From NCBI GenBank assembly GCA_030648035.1, contig JAUSII010000035.1, forward strand, positions 15,611 to 79,610: DNA of 64,000 bases. Reading direction: 5' to 3'. Below the pieces are notes generated by a model. The model had not been told where the DNA came from, did no database searches, and saw only the letters and a list, made by a program, of their open reading frames with translations. Below, piece by piece: positions 24,448 through 32,033 of the stretch. The DNA comes from Deltaproteobacteria bacterium (GTDB lineage Bacteria; UBA10199; SPLOWO2-01-44-7). Within the stretch, counting starts at the first letter, position 1, and every line of letters starts with the position of its first letter. Position numbers and translations under genes: made by a program.

Positions 24448-26055
24448 ATGCATCGTCTTTCAAAATGGGTTCAGGAACGGTTGGGGTGGAAAGATATTCG
24501 TGAGACTCTGCTCGATCGGAAAATCCCCAGTCCCGGCCGTTGGGGATGGCTCTACACACTCGGTTCGGCCACTCTCGCCGTTTTTATTTTGCAGGTTGTT
24601 ACCGGCACGCTACTCGGGATGAATTATTCCCCCTCGCCGGATCATGCCTACGATTCCATCCGCTACATCATGACGCAGGTGCCCATGGGGAGTCTCATCC
24701 GGGGACTCCACAAATGGGGAGCAACCGCCATGATCGTGCTGTTGCTTCTGCACATGCTTCGCATTTATGTAATGGCCTCTTACAAGCGCCCCCGGGAAAT
24801 AACCTGGATGGTCGGTATCATTCTCCTGTTGGTCGGTTTTGGTTTGGGGTTCACCGGCTATCTTCTCCCGTGGGATCAGAAAGCCTATTGGGCAACCGCT
24901 GTGGGGGCCAACATTGCCGCGCAAGCCCCTTTTTTTGGGCCCATGATTGCCAAGATTTTAAAGGGAGGCGAAGAATTGGGAGCCCTCACACTGACCCGCT
25001 TCTATGGGCTTCATGTTCTGGTTTTGCCGATCACGATGGGGCTCCTGATTGGAGCGCATCTTTTTCTGGTGATATACCACGGTATTTCGGCGCCGCCCTC
25101 TCGCAAGGTGCCTCCGCCCGACTATCAGGATCTTAAGGCAAAAGGAAAACCATTTTATCCGCACAGCATTTTCAAAGATGTGGTGATGGTGCTGATTGTC
25201 TTTGCCATCATTTTTTTTCTGGCCCTTCATTATGGCGCAGGACTTGAAGATCCGGTCAATCCAAATGATACAAGCTACAATCCAAGGCCGGAATGGTATT
25301 TTCTTTTCCTGTTTCAAATGTTGAAACTGTTTCCGGGCAAGTGGGAGCCGATTGCCGCTGTGGTTATCCCGACGCTTATTGTCGCTTTTTTGTTTTTTCT
25401 TCCGCTTCTGGATAGAAGAGAAGACAGGCATCCACTTGCAAGACCCTTTTGGATGGGCATTGGAAGTGCGGCGCTTTTTTTTGTGATTTGGCTTTCATAT
25501 CAGGGGTGGAAGTCGCCTCTGCTCAATCCGCAAATTGAAAAAAATCCGATGGTTTTGCAGGGAAAAAAACTCTATGACGATCTCCGCTGTTCCTATTGCC
25601 ACTCCATGAAGGGAGAAGGGGGAACTATCGGCCCCGATCTCATCCAAACCGTTTCTACCCGGTCAGATGAGTGGATCATGGAACATTTTAAAAAACCACG
25701 GGCGAAAGTGGCACAGTCGATGATGCCGGAGCTCAATCTTTTGGACGAGGAGATACAGGCTCTCATTGCCTATTTGCGGGAAGTCGGAGGCGGTGGCGCT
25801 TCGGTGACATCGGCCATGAAAATTTATGTTGAAAATTGCCAGGACTGTCATCGGTTGGGAAAAAGGGGGGAAGATGTTGGGCCCAACTTAAGTCAGATTG
25901 GAAGTTTTCGCGAGGCCAGCTGGATTCAAAATTATATTTCCAATCCGAAGCTTCTCAATCCCGATTCCGTCATGCCGGAATTTGGAACCAGTCTGTCCAA
26001 AGAAGAAATTGAAAATATGGCCCGGTTTCTAGCCGGTCAAAAAGGGATGCCCTAA
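24448..26055 (+). CDS. Cytochrome b (b6 plus subunit-IV-like) fused to a C-terminal diheme cytochrome c
   Basis: Heme-ligand helices (GLHKWGATAMIVLLLLHMLRIY), GYLLPWDQ and the Qo-site PEWYFLFLFQ motif. C-terminal CSYCH and CQDCH class-I domains. ATG 24448 lies 4 nt after the Rieske stop. Confidence 0.85.
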   Translation: MHRLSKWVQERLGWKDIRETLLDRKIPSPGRWGWLYTLGSATLAVFILQVVTGTLLGMNYSPSPDHAYDSIRYIMTQVPMGSLIRGLHKWGATAMIVLLLLHMLRIYVMASYKRPREITWMVGIILLLVGFGLGFTGYLLPWDQKAYWATAVGANIAAQAPFFGPMIAKILKGGEELGALTLTRFYGLHVLVLPITMGLLIGAHLFLVIYHGISAPPSRKVPPPDYQDLKAKGKPFYPHSIFKDVVMVLIVFAIIFFLALHYGAGLEDPVNPNDTSYNPRPEWYFLFLFQMLKLFPGKWEPIAAVVIPTLIVAFLFFLPLLDRREDRHPLARPFWMGIGSAALFFVIWLSYQGWKSPLLNPQIEKNPMVLQGKKLYDDLRCSYCHSMKGEGGTIGPDLIQTVSTRSDEWIMEHFKKPRAKVAQSMMPELNLLDEEIQALIAYLREVGGGGASVTSAMKIYVENCQDCHRLGKRGEDVGPNLSQIGSFREASWIQNYISNPKLLNPDSVMPEFGTSLSKEEIENMARFLAGQKGMP

Positions 26056-26760
26056 TCAGCCTGGTGTCTGTTTCACGACATAAATTCCATCGGCAATTTC
26101 ACGATCGATCGCCACTTCTGTTTCATCCACCTTTAAAACAAAAGTAGGACGTTTCTGCAAAAGATGGAGGGATGCGCCTGGCAAGACGCCAAGACCTGAA
26201 AGTCTCTCCAATAGGGCGTGATATTTTGGTGCGATAAAAATAATGCGATAATTGTCGCCGGTCTCTTCCTGACTTAAGGGTGTTACCAAGGGGCGAACCG
26301 CATTGACAAACGATTTGCAACAATCTCCCGGCGGGATCGGTCTGCCGTGCGGGCAGGTGGGGGGATGCCCCAAAAAAGAACAGATCCCCTCGACGGCTTC
26401 GGGGGTTAAAACTTTTTCGTGTTCCATGCGGCAGGCTTGAGCGCGGACCGCCTCTTCTGAAAGATTGAAGACCACCGCAAAGAGTCTCTCGGCCAATCGG
26501 TTTCTGCGAATAAGAGAGCTGGCCCGTTCTTCTCCTTTTGTGGAAAGTTTTACAAAAACACCATGGGGAAGTACCAGATTTTCCTGCCCCAATTCGAGGG
26601 TTGCCTTGGATACCTCTTGGGGATTCACTTTGGATAGGCAGTGGTCGAGCTCCTCTTTTCCGTTTTCACGGTTGAGCCATGCGCGGACCAGAATATGGTC
26701 TTTGATTTCGTCAATCCCCAATGCTTCGTCGTTATCGTGGTGATGATCGTGATTGTTCAT
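26056..26760 (-). CDS. DtxR/MntR-family metal-dependent regulator fused to a C-terminal FeoA/SH3-like domain
   Basis: RRNRLAERLF...MEHE...FLGHPPTCPHGRPIP (DtxR metal/dimerisation signature). His-rich N-terminus MNNHDHHHD. C-terminal small beta-domain (VLPGASLHLLQKRPTFVLKVDETEVAIDREIADGIYV). ATGA overlap with the upstream small ORF. Confidence 0.65.
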   Translation of the reverse strand: MNNHDHHHDNDEALGIDEIKDHILVRAWLNRENGKEELDHCLSKVNPQEVSKATLELGQENLVLPHGVFVKLSTKGEERASSLIRRNRLAERLFAVVFNLSEEAVRAQACRMEHEKVLTPEAVEGICSFLGHPPTCPHGRPIPPGDCCKSFVNAVRPLVTPLSQEETGDNYRIIFIAPKYHALLERLSGLGVLPGASLHLLQKRPTFVLKVDETEVAIDREIADGIYVVKQTPG

Positions 26761-26987
26761 GATTGTTTCCTTTTGAATAATTTTTGAAACCATTTCACTA
26801 TTTTGGAATCTCCGACAAATTCATAGCGGCAGTTGGGGCACCGGATCATATTGCATCCGCCGAACATCGCGCATCCGCCACAGGCGGCCGCACCCGAATC
26901 AAAAACAAAACCGCACAAGGGGCAATTTTGTGGATGAGCCTCCTTCGCCGGAGCCCTGGAGGCACTGGGGAGTTGCAGGTCGGCCAT
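26757..26987 (-). CDS. Small Cys-rich (zinc-ribbon-like) protein in the feo operon
   Basis: 76 aa with CPLCG...CGGC...C..IRCPNC and an amphipathic basic tail. Wedged between feoB and the regulator, with coupled junctions. Confidence 0.5.
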   Translation of the reverse strand: MADLQLPSASRAPAKEAHPQNCPLCGFVFDSGAAACGGCAMFGGCNMIRCPNCRYEFVGDSKIVKWFQKLFKRKQS

Positions 26988-26992
26988 TGTGT

Positions 26993-28990
26993 TTAGCGAA
27001 GTATCCAATTTAAAATGCCTCCGACTAAAAATGCGAATGGAAAAATAAAAAACACCATTCTCGCCGCCACTTTTCCACCATGTTCTTTCACCATCATGAA
27101 TACGTTGGCAACACAGGGAACAAACAGTGTGATGACGACCAGTGCGACGAGGGCCTGTACCACGGTGAGCCGGCCGTGGCTATACATGTCAAAAAAACCG
27201 GTAGCGCCGTAATCTCTGCGTAAAAATCCGATCAGAAAAGCGTTGGAGGCCTCCATGGGAAGCCCCAGCACTTTGACAACCAGCGGCGCGGCCAGTTTCT
27301 GAATGGAAGTCAAAAGATGCAGGGCATCGAGCAAAAATAAAATAAAAGTTCCGAGCAAGAAGAGAGGGATGGCTTCTTTGACATACCATTCCAGATGGGA
27401 GAGCGTTTTTTTTGCGACGTTTGAAAATTGTGGCACCCGCAATGGAGGGATTTCCATCACGAAAGCATTTCCTTCCCCTTTGAGAATTTTGTCGCAGGCG
27501 AAGCCGACAAAAAACATGACACCCCCCATGACACAGAGCCAGACCCAGAAAGTCCACATCGGCATCGTGCCGAACATCCCCAGCAAAACGCCAAGTTGCG
27601 CGGAACAGGGGACCGCCAGCGCCAACAACAGCGTGACAATCACGCGCTGTTTTTTTGATTCGAGAATGCGTGTGGTCAGTGTGGCCATGGTGTCGCAACC
27701 CAGCCCCAACACCATCGGAAGGACCGCTTTGCCGTTCAACCCCATCCATTTAAAGAGGCGATTGACCATCACCGCCAGGCGCGGCAGATAGCCCGAATCT
27801 TCCATTAGGCTGAAGGCGATGAAAAAAGTGGTGACGATCGGCAGAACAATCGCAATTCCGTAGGAGAGTCCCATGGTAATGAGTCCATAGGGTCCGACAA
27901 AACAATCGTGAATCGTTTTGACGATGATGTTGGCCTGACCATTCAGGGTATAGGCTCCCAAAAGCAACCCGTTTTTAAGTTCATGCGTGTGTGGAAAAAT
28001 GCAGAGGTGATCAAAAAGCCATATGCTGGGCGGCGAGATGTATCTTCCAAAAATATTATTTTCGATAAAATTAACCGCGGTGCCAGCACCAAATTTTCCG
28101 ACAAAAAGATAGACCGCCTCCAGAATTCCCGCCAGTATCACGATGCCAATAAAAGGATGCATGGTCCAGGCGGAGAGCTTGTTTTTCCAGAAGTGATTCG
28201 ACTGTGTGGTGGTGGTTGTTGTGCCGAGCACCGATTGTGCGAGAGCGCTTCTCTCGCGGTTGAGCAGAAAACTGACCGGCTCTGCAAACTGCGCCGCCAC
28301 CTGCTGGCATTTGGCTTCAATGGCATTCCACTCGGTTGGAGCCACTTTTATTTTGAGGCGCAGATGAATATGTTTGTCTCCTGCCAACAACATTCCGGCC
28401 AGGGAATGTTTGTTTTCCAAATCCTCCGGCAACAGATCGTTGATGTATTGGATGGCCTCTTCAAAAACGGGAGAATATTTCCAGCGGAACCGGCAGACTT
28501 TGGCTTCTTTGAGGCGCTCTTTTAAAAGAGGGATTCCCAGTTTTTGTGTGGCAACGGTGGTGATGATGGGGATGCCGAGTGCCGCTTCCAATTTTTGCGC
28601 ATCGATTTTAATGCCGGTTTTTGCCGCTTCGTCGCACATGTTGATCACCAGAACCATGCGGACCCCCATCTCTTGCAACTGAAAAGTGAGGGGGAGGGCG
28701 CGCATCAGATTTTTGGCGTCGGCCACCTGAATAACGAAACCGTCATTATCGAGCAAAACGTTCCGTGTAACGCTCTCATCCTCCGACATCGGGATCAGCG
28801 AATTGATGCCTGGAGTGTCGATCACCTGATAGGTATGTCCCTCGATGAGCGCCTCTCCTTTGGAGAGGGCAACCGTGGTGCCGGGATAGTTGGAAACGGT
28901 GGCGTAGGAGCCGGTCAAACAACCAAAAATAACGCTTTTGCCCACATTGGGATTGCCGACCAGAAAAATATTTTGCGCGCCAGAATTCAT
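26993..28990 (-). CDS. feoB: Ferrous iron transporter FeoB
   Basis: N-terminal G-domain (GNPNVGKS, DTPG) followed by a large polytopic membrane domain. 665 aa. Confidence 0.9.
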   Translation of the reverse strand: MNSGAQNIFLVGNPNVGKSVIFGCLTGSYATVSNYPGTTVALSKGEALIEGHTYQVIDTPGINSLIPMSEDESVTRNVLLDNDGFVIQVADAKNLMRALPLTFQLQEMGVRMVLVINMCDEAAKTGIKIDAQKLEAALGIPIITTVATQKLGIPLLKERLKEAKVCRFRWKYSPVFEEAIQYINDLLPEDLENKHSLAGMLLAGDKHIHLRLKIKVAPTEWNAIEAKCQQVAAQFAEPVSFLLNRERSALAQSVLGTTTTTTQSNHFWKNKLSAWTMHPFIGIVILAGILEAVYLFVGKFGAGTAVNFIENNIFGRYISPPSIWLFDHLCIFPHTHELKNGLLLGAYTLNGQANIIVKTIHDCFVGPYGLITMGLSYGIAIVLPIVTTFFIAFSLMEDSGYLPRLAVMVNRLFKWMGLNGKAVLPMVLGLGCDTMATLTTRILESKKQRVIVTLLLALAVPCSAQLGVLLGMFGTMPMWTFWVWLCVMGGVMFFVGFACDKILKGEGNAFVMEIPPLRVPQFSNVAKKTLSHLEWYVKEAIPLFLLGTFILFLLDALHLLTSIQKLAAPLVVKVLGLPMEASNAFLIGFLRRDYGATGFFDMYSHGRLTVVQALVALVVITLFVPCVANVFMMVKEHGGKVAARMVFFIFPFAFLVGGILNWILR

Positions 28991-28994
28991 GAGG

Positions 28995-29012
28995 TGTTAG
29001 CCAATACTAACA
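28995..29012. promoter_or_regulatory. Palindrome TGTTAG-N6-CTAACA, a candidate DtxR-family operator
   Basis: 6-bp perfect arms only 4 nt upstream of the feoB ATG. The TTAG/CTAA arms resemble DtxR/IdeR half-sites. Confidence 0.35.
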
Positions 29013-29101
29013 GAGGGCAGTCATGTCAAACTTTATTTATAGGCTTGTATTGACAGCCTCTTTTTAAGATAATGCCCCCTCACTTTTGAAAGGGGGACAT
29101 C

Positions 29102-29407
29102 ATGTCTGGAATGGGATTGCATGGGTTTAGTCAGTTTAGTGTGCACAATGTTGTGTTTCTGGGGCTGATTGCCTTAGGCGTCGGTTATTGGGTTTTAACC
29201 CTTTCCAAGACAGATATTACCTGTCCAAAATGGGGAAAATTTATCGGATATTTTATCTCCATTGCTTCTATTGCGGGTCTTATTTGCGTTACCTATATGA
29301 CCGTACGCGACCATTGTTTCAAAGGCCACGACGATCAGTGGAGCAAAGACCATATGAAGATGATGGAAGGGAAAATGCCATCGATGCCACCGATGCCGCA
29401 AAAATAG
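29102..29407 (+). CDS. Small two-TM membrane protein with a Met/His-rich tail
   Basis: Two hydrophobic helices. The C-terminal tail HDDQWSKDHMKMMEGKMPSMPPMPQK resembles Cu(I)-binding Met motifs. AGGGGGA SD present. Confidence 0.45.
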   Translation: MSGMGLHGFSQFSVHNVVFLGLIALGVGYWVLTLSKTDITCPKWGKFIGYFISIASIAGLICVTYMTVRDHCFKGHDDQWSKDHMKMMEGKMPSMPPMPQK

Positions 29408-29480
29408 CCATTCTAAATCATATATTCGTCTGAGCAACATCATTGTCCCCGCTTGGTTTCAATGAGAAGTTGCCTGGACG

Positions 29481-30002
29481 ATGCAGAACTCGAAACATTA
29501 TTTTAGAGCTGGAGCCCTTGTTATTGGAGGGCTTTTCCTCTTTCTTTTGGTCCGTAGCTTTCTAGTCCCCTCTTCCTTCGGTAAATATGGACCTTATAGG
29601 GGAGATAATGTTCGGGAACAGATGGCCAAGCCGACCAGTTATAGTGCCCCCAATGCCTGCGCCGATTGCCATCCCGATGTTTGGAAAAAGCATTCAGCAG
29701 GAAAACATGCCCCTCTTCCCTGTCAGGATTGTCATGCGCCGTTAAGTCAGCATTTTGATTTGGAAAAAGGAGAATTGATTGGTCCGATGCCAATTCAAAA
29801 AACATCCAAATTATGTTTGCGCTGTCATCTGAAGCTTCCATCGAGACCGGCGTCATTCCCGCAAATCAACCCGGAAGATCATTTGATTCGTGTGCCGGAA
29901 GCGCGTCAGGCCGATGTCTGTTTCCGTTGCCATAATCCCCATAGTCCCGCGCTTCGCAAAAAAAATGTTGAAGCGGTTCCGGTTGGAGAAATCCCCCAAT
30001 GA
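29481..30002 (+). CDS. Membrane-anchored tetraheme c-type cytochrome
   Basis: N-terminal TM helix and four CxxCH motifs (CADCH, CQDCH, CLRCH, CFRCH). ATGA overlap with the next gene. Confidence 0.75.
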   Translation: MQNSKHYFRAGALVIGGLFLFLLVRSFLVPSSFGKYGPYRGDNVREQMAKPTSYSAPNACADCHPDVWKKHSAGKHAPLPCQDCHAPLSQHFDLEKGELIGPMPIQKTSKLCLRCHLKLPSRPASFPQINPEDHLIRVPEARQADVCFRCHNPHSPALRKKNVEAVPVGEIPQ

Positions 30003-30808
30003 AAAAACAAAATGAAACAGCAAAGCCAATTTGTGAGGAAATGGGAAGACGCGATTTTATCAAGAAAGGTTGTGAGTTGGCGGCCGCCGCTCTTTTTGTC
30101 GGCATTTTGCCAATCAAAAAGGTTTTTGCATTGGGAGAGCAACCTGCTCCTGTGCCGGGGGCGCCAGAAGGCTACGATTGGTTGGAACATCTCTATGCCT
30201 ATGTCATCGACACCACCAAATGCATCGGTTGCGGCATGTGTGTTGAGGCCTGTCGCAAAGAAAACAATGTGCCGGAGGGATTTTCCAGAACATGGGTGGA
30301 GCGCTATGAGATTTCTGAAAGGGGGGAAGTCGAGGTCGACTCACCCAAAGGGGGGGAGGAAGGATTCGGCCTGATCAGCCCAGGCTTCAATGTTTCCAAA
30401 GGCTATTTTGTTCCAAAGATGTGCAACCATTGCTCCAACTCTCCCTGTATTCAGGTCTGTCCGGTTGGAGCCTCTTATCGGACAAAAGATGGTGTGGTTT
30501 TGGTGGATGATAAGCGTTGCGTCGGTTGTGGGTATTGCGTGCAGGCCTGCCCCTACGCCAGCCGCTTTATTAATCCGGAAACGAAAACAGCGGAAAAATG
30601 CACCTGGTGTTATCACCGCATTACCAAGGGTTTGAAACCGGCTTGTGTTCAGGCGTGTCCAACCGGCGCCAGAATGTTTGGCGATCTGAAAAATGAGGAC
30701 GATCCGGTTCGTAAAATTATTGCAACCGAAAGACTCGCAGTGTTGCAACCGGAAAAACTGACGAAGCCCAGCTGTTTTTATCTGGGACTTGATAAGGAGG
30801 TCCGGTGA
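29999..30808 (+). CDS. Tat-exported 4Fe-4S ferredoxin-type subunit (NrfC/DmsB/PsrB-like)
   Basis: RRDFIKK twin-arginine signal. Four Cys clusters (CIGCGMCVEACR, CNHCSNSPCIQVCP, CVGCGYCVQACP, CTWC...CVQACP). Confidence 0.85.
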   Translation: MKKQNETAKPICEEMGRRDFIKKGCELAAAALFVGILPIKKVFALGEQPAPVPGAPEGYDWLEHLYAYVIDTTKCIGCGMCVEACRKENNVPEGFSRTWVERYEISERGEVEVDSPKGGEEGFGLISPGFNVSKGYFVPKMCNHCSNSPCIQVCPVGASYRTKDGVVLVDDKRCVGCGYCVQACPYASRFINPETKTAEKCTWCYHRITKGLKPACVQACPTGARMFGDLKNEDDPVRKIIATERLAVLQPEKLTKPSCFYLGLDKEVR

Positions 30809-32028
30809 TTTCCGAAGCACTACAATTTCTTTTTCCAAACGACATGCACATTCATTGGAGTCTGATGATTGTGATGTATCCCTACCTTACCGGTTTTGTG
30901 GCGGGCGCTTTTGTCGTTTCAGCGTTGTATCATCTTTTTAATATGGAGCCGCTCAAACCGGTGGGCCGTTTTGCTCTGCTCACCTCCTTTGCTTTTCTGT
31001 GTGTGGCCACGCTGCCCTTGCTGAACCATCTGGGACATCCAGAGCGGGCGCTCAATATCATGATTACGCCGAATTTTTCCTCCGCCATGGCGGGGTTCGG
31101 CATCATCTTCAATTTCTATCTGATTCTGGTGTTGCTGGAAATCTGGCTTGTTTATCGTGCCGATATTGTTCGTTTGGCAATGACCTCGCACGGCTTGCTC
31201 CGCCTGTTTTATAGGGGACTGACGTTGGGGGTCTATGATGCCAGTCCAGAATCGATTGAAAAAGATCATCGCATGGTAAAAGTGCTGGCGGCTATCGGCA
31301 TTCCGGGGGCCTGTATTTTGCACGGGTATGTCGGCTTCCTCTTCGGCGCCTTAAAAGCCAACCCGTGGTGGTCCACGCCGCTTATGCCGATTATTTTTCT
31401 TTTTTCAGCCATGGTGTCGGGCATTGCTCTGCTCATCGTTTTGTATCAGACGGTGATGAAAATACGCGGCCAGGAGATTGATCAGCCCTGCATCTCCAAA
31501 CTCTCTCAACTGCTTTGGCTCTTCATGACGATCACCGTCTCTTTGGAATTGTTGGAGATTACCACATTGGCTTATGAGCAGAACGATGCGTGGGAGGTAA
31601 TTAGCCGCCTGCTCACCGATCAGCTTTCGTTTTCTTTTATTTCGGTGCAGATGATTTTGGGGTCGCTCATTCCTTTTATTATTCTGCTGATTTTAAATCT
31701 GATGGACCGCTATCTGCATCCAAAAGTGCGCAACACTCTTTCGTTTGTTGCCTCTTTTCTTCTGCTGATTCAGGTTTTTGCGATGCGCTGGAATGTGGTG
31801 ATCGGTGGACAGATTTTTTCAAAAAGCTTTCGTGGTTTCAGAGACTATCACCCTCAATTTCTGGAGAAAGAGGGAATCCTGGCCGCCATTGGCATTTTCT
31901 GTCTCCCCTTTATTATTCTGTTCGTGCTCACCCGTCTTTTTCCTCCTTTCGAAGAAGAGTTGCCGCACACTTGTGCGTGCGGGCCTGGCGAAAAGAAGAT
32001 CGGGTGCCGAAGAGATCTCCCGGCATAA
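30805..32028 (+). CDS. NrfD/PsrC-family polytopic quinone-interacting membrane subunit
   Basis: 407-aa protein with about 8-10 helices. GTG start overlaps the FeS gene's stop (GTGA) and follows an AAGGAGG SD. Confidence 0.75.
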   Translation: MISEALQFLFPNDMHIHWSLMIVMYPYLTGFVAGAFVVSALYHLFNMEPLKPVGRFALLTSFAFLCVATLPLLNHLGHPERALNIMITPNFSSAMAGFGIIFNFYLILVLLEIWLVYRADIVRLAMTSHGLLRLFYRGLTLGVYDASPESIEKDHRMVKVLAAIGIPGACILHGYVGFLFGALKANPWWSTPLMPIIFLFSAMVSGIALLIVLYQTVMKIRGQEIDQPCISKLSQLLWLFMTITVSLELLEITTLAYEQNDAWEVISRLLTDQLSFSFISVQMILGSLIPFIILLILNLMDRYLHPKVRNTLSFVASFLLLIQVFAMRWNVVIGGQIFSKSFRGFRDYHPQFLEKEGILAAIGIFCLPFIILFVLTRLFPPFEEELPHTCACGPGEKKIGCRRDLPA

Positions 32029-32033
32029 ATGAA

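Noticed and set aside
29050-29073. TTGACA followed by GATAAT as a promoter for the 29102 gene
   Set aside because: The spacer is only about 12-13 nt, outside the 16-18 nt sigma70 window.
29075-29096. 6-bp hairpin CCCCCT...AGGGGG sequestering the SD of the 101-aa membrane protein gene
   Set aside because: The stem is short and the loop is 10 nt. It has no supporting features and is too weak to call a riboregulator.
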